Notes: generated from the sequence alone by a model not told the origin. 64,000 nt of DNA from Candidatus Omnitrophota bacterium (GCA_903944345.1 CAJARJ010000018.1:45933-109932), one strand, 5' to 3'. Positions 40,245-49,652 are shown, numbered from the stretch's first letter. Program-made: numbers and translations.

Positions 40245-41926
40245 CCGGCCAGTCCCAGACGAGTACGCATCTGACCGACATAAACTCCCTGCCTGAAGAA
40301 GTGCTCAAAATAATCTTTCGCCAAAGGATCGTGCAAATGCTTGTACTGGGCAGGACCAAAAACATTGGAGAAATAAGAATGCACCAGCCCCGTCGCCGTA
40401 GTTGTGCCCTTGCTCATGGCGGTGCCTTCACGAAAAACGTTAAGCGCAGCCTCCGGTGTCTTGAAGCGCTCGACAATCGGATGATCGTCATCAGTGGCAT
40501 CATAATTATTTGCATAAAAAACAAAATCAATCTTCTCACCCTTGATAACCTGCTGATACGAGGTAACCGGAATAATGATCCTGGCATTCACCTGATTGGC
40601 CGACATGATAATCGCACGGTCAATCTGGCCGAGCGCATATCCAGGCTGCAAATCGTCGAGGCGCAGAAACGCCCCGATCTCGGTGCCGTAACCCAGCACC
40701 CGCCCGTCGGGGGCAAGCTGGATCGAACCCATGTCATCCGCAACAATAATCAGATCCTGGATATGATCCTCACCCAGTCCGCGCAAAGCCTCAAGCGTTT
40801 CAGACTTTCCGGCACCGGTATCTCCGATAAAAAGCAACGTACGGTCGATATCCCCTTTCAGAATAATCCGTACCAGCGCGCCATGAAAGGGCATAATCCC
40901 GCGCTTCATCATGATAACGTTATGCAGGGTCAGGACCATCTTTTTGACATATCCGAAATAACCGAACTCGGGACGAAACGGAACCGCACCAACAAGGAGA
41001 TTATTCTTTTCGTCATCAAAGAAAACCTGTTCACAGTTAAAGCGTGCCAGGCTCTCGGGAGGAACTCCGTAGGCATACACACCATCCGGTTGACGCTCCA
41101 GATCCTCGTCTCCGGCAATCTCGAAAAGATTGCATAAAGAATGACCCAGCTCGGCAAAACGGTTATGAAAATAAACCATAATCAGCAGCTCTCCGACTTT
41201 GGCCGGATAACAAAGCCAGTCGTTAGAGTCGAAGCTCAGCCCCTTGATCGGGCTCTCATTAACCCTCTCGGCACGACCAGTCCGCTTGTTCATCGGTGGC
41301 GTCAGAATGAGCGGAGGGTACAAGAGCATCTGCCGGATCATGGGCACATTGTTCAATTCGGCATACTCCTGCGGCAGCTTAACCTCCCTGGGTACCGATA
41401 TGGTGGACACCTCGGCTCCCGCCGCAACCTGACGATAAATACGAGGGTGCTGTCCGGTTACATTCTCCTGGATGTCCCGATACATCTGACGAATAAGATT
41501 AGTCAACTGACCAATCGTCTCGTTAAATGTGCGATACGGGCGCTTGTCCCAGTTCTTGTCCTGCCCGCCGGAAATGATAAAACGGTCAAAACTGCGCCAA
41601 AAATTGTAAATACTTTCGATCAACTCATTAAACAATGTGGGATCCTGCAGAAAGACATCCGATCCTTTCACAATATTAGGAACCAGACTGGCCGGCATCT
41701 TGGTCAGATACTTGATAGTCTGGATAAGCCGGTCGATATCTCCTGTGTCGGCATCTTTCTTGCCGAAGACCTGCATCAGAATAGAACGACGTTTGGCCAG
41801 TTTGCCAACGGCAGCAGTTACAATTCCCTTGAAAAGCTCGCTATCGATAATCTCTTCTTCGGTCTCACAAATCCTGTTCTGGATACGCAGAATAATTTTC
41901 GTATCGTATATGTCATAAGACTGCAT
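40178..41926 (-). CDS. Uncharacterised 582-aa protein with an HPr kinase/phosphorylase-like P-loop domain
   Basis: HGALVRIILKGDIDRTLLFIGDTGAGKSETLEALRGLGEDHIQDLIIVADD (aa about 348-398) closely mirrors the HprK/P Walker-A region (GDSGVGKSETALELI..GH.LVADD). The N-terminal about 330 aa are unassigned. Confidence 0.6.
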   Translation of the reverse strand: MQSYDIYDTKIILRIQNRICETEEEIIDSELFKGIVTAAVGKLAKRRSILMQVFGKKDADTGDIDRLIQTIKYLTKMPASLVPNIVKGSDVFLQDPTLFNELIESIYNFWRSFDRFIISGGQDKNWDKRPYRTFNETIGQLTNLIRQMYRDIQENVTGQHPRIYRQVAAGAEVSTISVPREVKLPQEYAELNNVPMIRQMLLYPPLILTPPMNKRTGRAERVNESPIKGLSFDSNDWLCYPAKVGELLIMVYFHNRFAELGHSLCNLFEIAGDEDLERQPDGVYAYGVPPESLARFNCEQVFFDDEKNNLLVGAVPFRPEFGYFGYVKKMVLTLHNVIMMKRGIMPFHGALVRIILKGDIDRTLLFIGDTGAGKSETLEALRGLGEDHIQDLIIVADDMGSIQLAPDGRVLGYGTEIGAFLRLDDLQPGYALGQIDRAIIMSANQVNARIIIPVTSYQQVIKGEKIDFVFYANNYDATDDDHPIVERFKTPEAALNVFREGTAMSKGTTTATGLVHSYFSNVFGPAQYKHLHDPLAKDYFEHFFRQGVYVGQMRTRLGLAGWERKGPEEAARQLMRVIQEKA

Positions 41927-41950
41927 TTAACACCTTCCTCCTGTTGTTTT

Positions 41951-42607
41951 TCAGTGCGCAAACTTCTTGTGAAGCCATATTCTGTCAACGGCCCGCTTGA
42001 ATGCCATATTGATCGGGAGCATTTCCCGCGATAAATCCGGATCAATACTGCTCAATCTCAAAACATAATCGGACATAAAAACGGGCTTATCCTCAGTGCC
42101 TTCCGGCTTCTGAATGCCCGGCGCTGCCAACGGCAAAATTTTATCCTTTAGAACAGAACAGGACGCCAGCCGAAAATGTCCATGCCGGTCCCGATTTCCG
42201 GAAAAACCGAACAGCCGGCAAATCAGCGGACGCGAAGCATACTGCAAACACTTGCCTTGCCCCGAGGACCCTGCCTCAGGAAAAAAGAAAATGCACCGTC
42301 CCTGAAAATCCTGCTTGTCGGCTTTTTCGTAAAAGCCCTCGGCCTGCCGAAGACGATCAAGCTGCGATGCCAAAGGAAGCAGCTCAAGCTCGGAAGCCTG
42401 AACATGCGGATTCTGACAGCAAACCCCGCAACCCACAGGACAGGAAAAGGCCAAACTGCGCCTGAACGCTCCCGTATCCCGGTCTACGTCAAGAAACAAA
42501 TACTGCACCGCAATAATCTTGCGGCGCAAAACATCCCCATGGGAAGTTCTGTATCGCTCCAACAACAAAAGGCAACGCTTTTTCCAGCGGGCTAAAGTTG
42601 TTTGCAT
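41951..42607 (-). CDS. YkgJ/UPF0153 family Cys-cluster (putative Zn/Fe-S binding) protein
   Basis: CPVGCGVCCQNPHV (CxxCxxCC), plus a second Cys cluster. Ends 25 nt before the HprK-like gene. Confidence 0.7.
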   Translation of the reverse strand: MQTTLARWKKRCLLLLERYRTSHGDVLRRKIIAVQYLFLDVDRDTGAFRRSLAFSCPVGCGVCCQNPHVQASELELLPLASQLDRLRQAEGFYEKADKQDFQGRCIFFFPEAGSSGQGKCLQYASRPLICRLFGFSGNRDRHGHFRLASCSVLKDKILPLAAPGIQKPEGTEDKPVFMSDYVLRLSSIDPDLSREMLPINMAFKRAVDRIWLHKKFAH

Positions 42608-42734
42608 AACTCCCCCTCTGCTTCGTCTCTCGTCTTATCTTAGCAATTATACGGTACGCCGCAAGAATAATCTGGAATCCACCCGGGGAAACTCAGCGGA
42701 ACCACAGACATCGACGAGAAAGCAACCCGACAGG

Positions 42735-44510
42735 CTAACGGACGGCCCCGGGATTATTTAATGTATTACGGACTTCCCGCTCAAACTCAAAAGGCGAAAG
42801 CCGGCGGGCCTCACGATAGAAATCCAGGGATTTATCTCTTTGCCCCATAACAGCATAAATCTGTCCCAGACTGAAATAATTAATGTAATTAAGCGGTGAA
42901 CGGCGAACCGCCTCCTCAAACGAAGCGGCACTTCCCGCAAGAAAATCTGCCCGGCCATTTTCCTTCCAGGAATTCGCAAGTACAATACCCGCTGCAGCCG
43001 GATAAACACAGGACCAGGGGTTCAGGCGGGAAGCCTGAACAAAAAGATGTCCGGCCCTGGCCAAATCACCTCCTGCTCGCGCGACCTTGCCTTCCATATA
43101 CAAAAAGAAAGAAACCGACAAACAAACACTCAGGAACAATAAAACCCCCGCCAAAACTCCGGCAAAAACAAAGAACAAGCGCTGCCAACCTTTTGTCCAC
43201 AATCTTCCGGATGAGGGACGACTCATAGCTGCCAGAGCCGCCAGCATGGCCCAGCCATGCCAGGCAATATTGGGTTTAATAAAAGTGAAGCTAAAAAAAT
43301 TATCAATCAGAAATGCCGTCAACCCCCAAATCAGCCCGACAACAAGCCAGGCATCCGCGCCATCCCTGTAAAGCGCTAATGCCCGACGAGATGCAGCAAT
43401 AAACGCAGCTACCAAAGCCAATATGCCGACAAGGCCCAAAACCCCTGTTTCCACCAGCCATTGCAAATAGGTATTATGCACGAAAGCTGTTAGCGCCTCC
43501 TGCGAAGTCACCAGATGGCGCGAAGCCATGCCAAACGCGCCAAAGCCGCATCCTCGCAATGGATGCTCGGCAATCAGAGTCGCGGCATTCTGATAATATA
43601 AAAGGCGCGGTTGCAAGGCCGCGCCAAAATCCTTACGCGCCACAACCCAGGCAAAAGCCACCAGAAAAAGAAGTACGAAAAGAATCAACCCCGTAGTCTG
43701 GATGGAGGACAGGCTTCCTCTCATTCTCCGGTAAACAAGCGAAACCAGCAAACAGGCGGACAACAGAAAACTGCTCCAGGCCAGAAAAGAAAAAGTGGCC
43801 AGAAAGCCAGTCAGCAAAACAGCCGCGAAGCTTCCCCAGAAAATACGACGCCACCAACCTTTCGCTGCCACCGCATAAATACCACCCAGGGGAAGAAACA
43901 GCAAAAGATAACCCGCCAACGAATTAGGCCAACCCAGCAAAGAAGTGGCCCGGCGGCGAGTCAACACATAATGCAAACTGGAATTAAAATCCTGGAGCAG
44001 TGCGTCAGACGGCAGCGGCTGACGCAGAAAGAGCAAAACAAACTCCCGCACGGCAAAAGCCGCCGTCACCAAAGCACAAAGGAGCATGCCGATAACAAAA
44101 ATCCTGATACGACACGGGCTGTCCAGCAGGTCGGAAAGCATAAAGAAAAAAAACAACACCGACCCGAAAACCACCGCAGAAATAACACTCACCGAACGAT
44201 CGACGCTATAAAAAACGGATAAGACCACCGCAAAAAACAACAAAGATAATGGAAAAAAGAATCCGGAACGAACCCATACTTCCCTGCTAAAGAATTTATA
44301 AAACAGATAGCCAATAAAAAGCAGACAAGATAACCCGGCGACAATCAAATTCGAAAGTTCTTCCCGAACAAAGATTTCCGCATGCGGGAAGAACTTCCAG
44401 ATTGTCAAACGCAGAATAACCAGACTCAGGGCCGCATACAAAAAGACATCTTTCCAACCAAACAACCTTGCGGTAATGGCGGAAAGCGTTCTCTCATACT
44501 CACACTTCAT
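42735..44510 (-). CDS. O-antigen ligase (Wzy_C/WaaL) family membrane protein with a C-terminal TPR domain
   Basis: About 10 TM helices. HNTYLQWLVETGVLGL Wzy_C motif. C-terminal about 150 aa are TPR-like. Confidence 0.7.
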   Translation of the reverse strand: MKCEYERTLSAITARLFGWKDVFLYAALSLVILRLTIWKFFPHAEIFVREELSNLIVAGLSCLLFIGYLFYKFFSREVWVRSGFFFPLSLLFFAVVLSVFYSVDRSVSVISAVVFGSVLFFFFMLSDLLDSPCRIRIFVIGMLLCALVTAAFAVREFVLLFLRQPLPSDALLQDFNSSLHYVLTRRRATSLLGWPNSLAGYLLLFLPLGGIYAVAAKGWWRRIFWGSFAAVLLTGFLATFSFLAWSSFLLSACLLVSLVYRRMRGSLSSIQTTGLILFVLLFLVAFAWVVARKDFGAALQPRLLYYQNAATLIAEHPLRGCGFGAFGMASRHLVTSQEALTAFVHNTYLQWLVETGVLGLVGILALVAAFIAASRRALALYRDGADAWLVVGLIWGLTAFLIDNFFSFTFIKPNIAWHGWAMLAALAAMSRPSSGRLWTKGWQRLFFVFAGVLAGVLLFLSVCLSVSFFLYMEGKVARAGGDLARAGHLFVQASRLNPWSCVYPAAAGIVLANSWKENGRADFLAGSAASFEEAVRRSPLNYINYFSLGQIYAVMGQRDKSLDFYREARRLSPFEFEREVRNTLNNPGAVR

Positions 44511-44802
44511 AGTCAGCCAAGCGCCGCTCCGAACGAACCGCCGTAATAAAGCCCTTGATGGCTACATGCTCAGGATGATCCTGATACTCATCTAACGCTT
44601 CACGAGAGGCAAACTCGGTATACAAAACCACATCCGCTGAACTGTCAGTCGCGCTAAAGTCCAGGCCGACTTCCAGCTTAAGCATACCGTCGATACGTCC
44701 ATTAAGCGCCTCAAGCTTTTCTTTCATCAACAAAGCGTTCGCAGCTTTATCATTGCCTAACGCGCTGTCCTTCAGTTTCCAGAATACGACATGCTTGATC
44801 AT
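44500..44802 (-). CDS. Dabb-family stress-responsive alpha/beta-barrel protein
   Basis: MIKHVVFWKLKD...EHVAIKGF is a Dabb-like about 100-aa protein. Start refined to 44802. Confidence 0.55.
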   Translation of the reverse strand: MIKHVVFWKLKDSALGNDKAANALLMKEKLEALNGRIDGMLKLEVGLDFSATDSSADVVLYTEFASREALDEYQDHPEHVAIKGFITAVRSERRLADYEV

Positions 44803-44904
44803 AAAACTATCTCCTTCTGCGGTTAACCCGTTCCTGGAACGGATACGATTCATGCGGCCATCTTACTGACCAGACCTATGATTCTAACCTCGAATCGCGG
44901 AAAA

Positions 44905-45666
44905 TCAAGTTTCACTCTGCAAGAAACTGCGAGGATCAAAAAAAGCTGACAAAACATGCTTCTTGCCGCCCAGACCGGGGATCTTGCGAATCACAAAACC
45001 GCGGTCGGTCAGACCTCGCCGGACAAAACCCGCAACAGTAAACGTTGTCAGGGTTGTCCCCTTCCGACTTAAAGCGGCTACTCCGTCAAAAACATGATCC
45101 GACCACATTTCAGGATTTTTGGAAGGAGCAAAACCGTCCAGAAGAACCACGTCCACCCCCTCCGGTGCCAATCCTGCGGTCTTAACCAGCGACAATGCCT
45201 CTTGCACATGCCGGAAAACAACTGTCAGAGTCACCCGATCCTCATCAAAAAGAAAAGACTTTATTTGTCCGGGCGAGGGAGTATATTGCGCTGCCAGCGC
45301 TGCGGCCTGCGGAGCCAGCACCGGCCAAAAAGCCAGTGCCCGTGTCAGATGCTCAACGGCCAAAGGATAAAGTTCCACTGAAATAAAATGTAACCGCCAG
45401 GAACGGGGAGCTGTCTCCCGCCACAACTGCCAGACACTACAAAAATCCAGCCCGGTCCCGAAACCTGTTTCCAGAATCGTAAAAGTTCCTCCCTCCGCGG
45501 AGCTCAAAGCCAGAAAACGTTCGCGCAAAGCATTGGACTGACAACACACATAAACAGATTCGTCATAACCACTTGAACGACAGAAATACTTGTCGCCAAA
45601 AGCGGTAGACTGGGGCATCCCCTGCTCGTCCCAGACAATATCAGCAAGCGAATCGGCAAGGCTCAT
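44905..45666 (-). CDS. tRNA mnm5s2U34 biosynthesis methyltransferase domain protein (MnmC C-terminal-domain-like / MnmD)
   Basis: ILETGFGTGLDF motif and DUF752-like SAM-MTase architecture. No FAD oxidase domain. Confidence 0.6.
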   Translation of the reverse strand: MSLADSLADIVWDEQGMPQSTAFGDKYFCRSSGYDESVYVCCQSNALRERFLALSSAEGGTFTILETGFGTGLDFCSVWQLWRETAPRSWRLHFISVELYPLAVEHLTRALAFWPVLAPQAAALAAQYTPSPGQIKSFLFDEDRVTLTVVFRHVQEALSLVKTAGLAPEGVDVVLLDGFAPSKNPEMWSDHVFDGVAALSRKGTTLTTFTVAGFVRRGLTDRGFVIRKIPGLGGKKHVLSAFFDPRSFLQSET

Positions 45667-46565
45667 GGCTCTCCGTCATTTGCAACTGTCAGCGTCAGCT
45701 CCATTGCAACCGAGCCCATACTGCCACGGGTCGAATGGACTGCACCCAAAGTCACTTTGCCCATATCCAGACCCAAAGACAAAAGAGCCTCGTGAACTAC
45801 TTTAGCGCGCTCCGTTGCCAGAGACGACATGGCAGCATGATCAGCAGGGGCGCTTTCAATCAATTGGCGCCTGATTTCCGTAATAAAAGCATTCTCCTGG
45901 TACTGGCCAGGACGATTCTTGTACTTCCTGGCCAATGACCAAAGACCACGAATCCCGAAACTGCGCTGATACAACATCTGGTAAAGCTGACTTTCCGTAC
46001 GCGAAGAACCCGCCCTGAGTTGCGCATAATTTCCTGCCAACGCTTGCGCTGCCAATGCCTTCCAGTCCATATCAGGATCGAAAGCCCCTTTAATCTCAAG
46101 CTTTAAAGCAGGACGCTGTTCCATGCCCCGCACCAGAGTTGCAAGTTTTTGCCGCTCGGCATCCGTCAATACCGCCTGCCCGGGCTGAAAACGCACGTAA
46201 CCAAGCTCGTCAGTTCCACTCTCCGAACCAAGAACAGAACCCAAAAAAGCAAAAGGACTGCTCACGACCTTGAAAAAGAAATTACGGATCACCTGTCCAA
46301 CCAACGGCCAGAAACGAAATTGCGGATCACTCAAATCCCCCGTAACCGGGAGAGCCACCTTAATTTGCCCATTAGCATCCTCCAAAAGTGCCAATGCCAA
46401 ACCAAAAGGTAACCCCAGCATCTTTGCTTTGAGTCCGGCGGCCAAAGGTAAAATTCTGAACCAGCAGGCGATGATCAGCCGAAAGCTGATTGCCGGCAAT
46501 ACGATAATCCATCCGTAAATCAAACTTGCCATCATCCAGTTCCCGCCCGGTATATTTACCGACAT
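45663..46565 (-). CDS. DUF748 (AsmA-like) protein, C-terminal fragment (frameshifted gene?)
   Basis: LPFGLALALLEDANGQIKVALPVTGDLSDPQF is the conserved DUF748 core. Overlaps the upstream fragment by 194 nt in another frame. Confidence 0.5.
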   Translation of the reverse strand: MSVNIPGGNWMMASLIYGWIIVLPAISFRLIIACWFRILPLAAGLKAKMLGLPFGLALALLEDANGQIKVALPVTGDLSDPQFRFWPLVGQVIRNFFFKVVSSPFAFLGSVLGSESGTDELGYVRFQPGQAVLTDAERQKLATLVRGMEQRPALKLEIKGAFDPDMDWKALAAQALAGNYAQLRAGSSRTESQLYQMLYQRSFGIRGLWSLARKYKNRPGQYQENAFITEIRRQLIESAPADHAAMSSLATERAKVVHEALLSLGLDMGKVTLGAVHSTRGSMGSVAMELTLTVANDGEP

Positions 46566-47355
46566 ACGGCGAAAGCACCGTCAGCACGTAACTGCCCAGA
46601 ACACAGCTCATCTCCAGTTCCGGGGGCGATTGCAAAGGTTTAAGCCGGGCCTCCAGATTCACAGTGCCCCGCCCATCCAGAGTCCCTTCCACAAATACCC
46701 CGGTCCACACACCCGGATCTGTTGAGAAACCGGTCACCCGAATCAGAAGTCCACCCAGATTTGTAACAAGCCGGGGAGAAACTGTTTCATCTGTAAACCC
46801 CAAACGAGCTTCGCGGACAATCAAACTATCTACAAATACGGGGGGAAAGGATGCCTTCCGGGAAGAGGAATCTGCCGGAGTATCCACCGCGGCGGAAGCC
46901 TTCGGCGCCGGAAAGGATGCCACAAAATCCAAAAGATTAAAACGACCCTCCGCAGACAAGCGGGCATCAACCTCAAGACCGTCGAGCACAACAGACTCGA
47001 CACGTAAATTCTTTTTTAACAATGCCAGAAAACTGACATCCAGGCTGGCCGCACGTAAAAAGAACAATGGCTCCCCTTGGGTATCCCTGAGCTCAACACC
47101 ACGGACACCTATGCTGAACATATAAGGGTTCACCCAAACGGCGGACACAGCAAGCTTGCGTTTTAACAACTTGCTTCCCTGGGCTTCAACTGCCCAGCGG
47201 AGCATAAACGGCAGAACAATAAAACCGAGGATCGTATAAACACAAACAACTATCCCGAAAAACTTCAGTACCTGAACAAGGCTCCGGATCCCTGACGGAC
47301 GTGCAATTTTCTGCATAGAAATCTTCCCGAAAAACTTTTCTTTTTGCGATGACAA
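46372..47355 (-). CDS. DUF748 (AsmA-like) protein, N-terminal fragment
   Basis: N-terminal TM anchor followed by AsmA-like beta-rich repeats. The reading frame terminates inside the conserved core and continues in the 45663..46565 ORF. Confidence 0.5.
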   Translation of the reverse strand: MSSQKEKFFGKISMQKIARPSGIRSLVQVLKFFGIVVCVYTILGFIVLPFMLRWAVEAQGSKLLKRKLAVSAVWVNPYMFSIGVRGVELRDTQGEPLFFLRAASLDVSFLALLKKNLRVESVVLDGLEVDARLSAEGRFNLLDFVASFPAPKASAAVDTPADSSSRKASFPPVFVDSLIVREARLGFTDETVSPRLVTNLGGLLIRVTGFSTDPGVWTGVFVEGTLDGRGTVNLEARLKPLQSPPELEMSCVLGSYVLTVLSPYVGKYTGRELDDGKFDLRMDYRIAGNQLSADHRLLVQNFTFGRRTQSKDAGVTFWFGIGTFGGC

Positions 47356-47382
47356 CGCCGATTAACACATCTTGATATCTCA

Positions 47383-47425
47383 AATCAGAAGAAAACCGTA
47401 GACTGTTCAAACAAACAGTCTACGG
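47383..47425 (-). terminator. Rho-independent terminator downstream of the repeat-protein gene
   Basis: CCGTAGACTGTT-caaaca-AACAGTCTACGG is a perfect 12-bp stem, followed on the minus strand by TTTTCTTCTGATTT. Confidence 0.6.
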
Positions 47426-47460
47426 CTTCCTCCTCAAGCCCAGACAAAATATCCGGTTCT

Positions 47461-48171
47461 TTAGAAAGACCAGTTAACTATGGGCAGAAACTCAAACGGC
47501 TTTTTGTTGCCGTTATAATTGGCCAGACCAATCTGAAGTCCGTCCAGTGACTTGGTCACATTAATAAATCCCAGCTGGAATCCGCGCATCTCACGGGCAT
47601 AATTGACAAACCCGCCCTGAAAACCTTTCACAGCGCCGTCCGCATAATTCAGAGCACCAATGGCGGCCCCGGAAAAATAGGACTTGGAGAAATTTCCCAA
47701 ACCACTCTGTAGCCCGACAAAATCACCGCCAGCGTAATTAACCCAAGCCGCCTGCCAGCCATGAAAAAAGCCCTCTGTCCAGCCAACCATCCCGGACTGT
47801 AATCCCGTAAAGTCTCCCTCGGTTACAGCGGCAAACCCTCCCTGCCAACCGACAAAGCGACTGCCCGTACGACTAACCCAGCCCGGCTGCCAACCATAGA
47901 ACGCTCCGTCAGTCCAGTTGCCAAGACCCAGCTCAACACCGATCACATCCCCTTTGGTGCGGTTGACACCGAAGAAACTATAGCTTAAACCGGTGACATC
48001 CTGGTTAACGGTATACAAAAGGTTAAGCCGAAGGCCTTTGATCGATTCGTCAGCCGGAACCAGCTGAACCGGATTAAAAAGCGACAACTGCAAAAACTTT
48101 GCCTCCTGGGCACCTGCCGGCATCGCCGCCGCGAATACAACAACCGTTAATAAAAGTAACTTTCTGAACAT
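47461..48171 (-). CDS. Secreted protein built from degenerate Gly/Trp/Gln-rich tandem repeats
   Basis: Signal peptide MFRKLLLLTVVVFAAAMPAGAQE. Body has about 8 repeats of about 11-13 aa (GWQPGWVSRTGSRFVGWQGGF... GLQSGMVGWTEGFFHGWQAAWVNYAGGDFVGLQSG... GFQGGFVNY... GFQLGFINV). Confidence 0.5.
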   Translation of the reverse strand: MFRKLLLLTVVVFAAAMPAGAQEAKFLQLSLFNPVQLVPADESIKGLRLNLLYTVNQDVTGLSYSFFGVNRTKGDVIGVELGLGNWTDGAFYGWQPGWVSRTGSRFVGWQGGFAAVTEGDFTGLQSGMVGWTEGFFHGWQAAWVNYAGGDFVGLQSGLGNFSKSYFSGAAIGALNYADGAVKGFQGGFVNYAREMRGFQLGFINVTKSLDGLQIGLANYNGNKKPFEFLPIVNWSF

Positions 48172-48299
48172 AAGGCCTCCTTGATTAAAATCATTCACAA
48201 ACTACTCCAGTTATTATATCCTTTATACCGCCGGGAACAAGGAAAGATTTGAAAGAGATCTTTTTTTGCCGGAGATAACCTGGACTACGCGAGGAGTGA

Positions 48300-48340
48300 C
48301 CAATAAAAAGAACCCCGAACGATCAGGTTCGGGGTTCTTT
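48300..48340 (-). terminator. Rho-independent terminator downstream of the TPR-like lipoprotein gene
   Basis: GAACCCCGAAC-gatcag-GTTCGGGGTTC is a perfect 11-bp stem, flanked by an A-run (plus) and a T-run (minus). Confidence 0.55.
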
Positions 48341-48386
48341 ATTAAAAAAACTTTATCCGCAACGGCCAGAAAAAGTCAGCTGGCAG

Positions 48387-49391
48387 TTATTGTCCGTACT
48401 GCAATTCCAGCAGTTTCTGCTGAGCGCCTTCTGCCGGTCTCCAGAACCAGCCCTGGGGATCCCAGCACTGTGAAAAACCATAATTATCAACAACCTGCTG
48501 ATAGGCTTTGGCTGCTTCTGTCTTCATACCGGCCAGGCTATAGGCTTCTCCCAGAACAAACGCTCCGGTTCCGACATCATTAAGAGCCCAATATTTGTGA
48601 ATGTTCTCGGCAGGAAGCTCGGGAAAATCCTTGAGGAAAGACTGCATCTCTTTGGCACGCTCACTGTAAAGAGAATCCATCTTTCTGAAGTAACCGATAA
48701 CTTCATCCAGATTCTCTTTCGCCAACGATGCCCACATCTTGCTAACCAATTCATAGGAAGTCATGTTGCCAAAATCCAGATCCAGATTCTTCTCGATCAT
48801 GTACAAACCATCACGCGCCGCTTCCGCAGGTTTCCAGAATGTTTTGCTGCCCGGATCATAGGTCTGACCATAAGAGAATTCGTTAATGACTCTTTGATAG
48901 GCGGCCTTGGCTTTGTCCATATCTTTCGCCTTGCGATAAGCCTCGCCCTGGATAAAAAGAGAAGTCGCAACATCATTAAGTGCCCAATACGAAAAAACCT
49001 TGGCCGGATCACCTGCAGGATAGTCGTTAAGGGTAGCTTGCATTTTGGCTGCCTCAGTCGCATAGAGGTCAACACATTTTCCGGTATAAGTTTTTACCCC
49101 TGTCAAATCCTTCTGCGCCAGCGACTGCCAGGCCTTGGATGTCAGTGTATTGGACTTATAATCGCCAAAAGTGTAGACACCGGGGACTGAAGCGGGCGCC
49201 GCAGACTGGCTTGTAACCGTCGTCTGAACTTTTTGGACAGGAGGCTGAACCTGCTCGACAGGCTTACTGGCAACCTGCTGATTCTTGGGAGCGCAAGAGG
49301 TACAAACCCAGTCCCAATGCCTGCAAGCACAACCCGCCGAGGTTAAAAGAAGAACACATACACCCAACAAATTCAAATAAGAATGTTTCAT
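48387..49391 (-). CDS. Lipoprotein with two tandem TPR-like repeat modules
   Basis: Lipobox LLTSAGC. Internal duplication (YWALNDVATSLFIQGEAYRKA...AKAAYQRVINEFSYGQTYDP vs YWALNDVGTGAFVLGEAYSLA...AAKAYQQVVDNYGFSQCWDP). Confidence 0.5.
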   Translation of the reverse strand: MKHSYLNLLGVCVLLLTSAGCACRHWDWVCTSCAPKNQQVASKPVEQVQPPVQKVQTTVTSQSAAPASVPGVYTFGDYKSNTLTSKAWQSLAQKDLTGVKTYTGKCVDLYATEAAKMQATLNDYPAGDPAKVFSYWALNDVATSLFIQGEAYRKAKDMDKAKAAYQRVINEFSYGQTYDPGSKTFWKPAEAARDGLYMIEKNLDLDFGNMTSYELVSKMWASLAKENLDEVIGYFRKMDSLYSERAKEMQSFLKDFPELPAENIHKYWALNDVGTGAFVLGEAYSLAGMKTEAAKAYQQVVDNYGFSQCWDPQGWFWRPAEGAQQKLLELQYGQ

Positions 49392-49652
49392 AAGCCACCA
49401 ACTCCTGATTATTGATTACAATGTAGCTGTTATGTTTACCCGCATCAGCTCCTGCGATATAAGCCTGTTTCTACACAAACGACCCTGTAAAGTTAGCATA
49501 TAACGTCATCGAATGTCAACATTAAGAATCTTACGGTCAGATTTGACCATAACAGACAGCAAGCCGCTCATTAAAATGGCACCGCTTGCCACTAGACAGA
49601 ACAATACATCACACAACAAGCGTGAGCGCGAATCCAGACCTCCCGGGTCACG

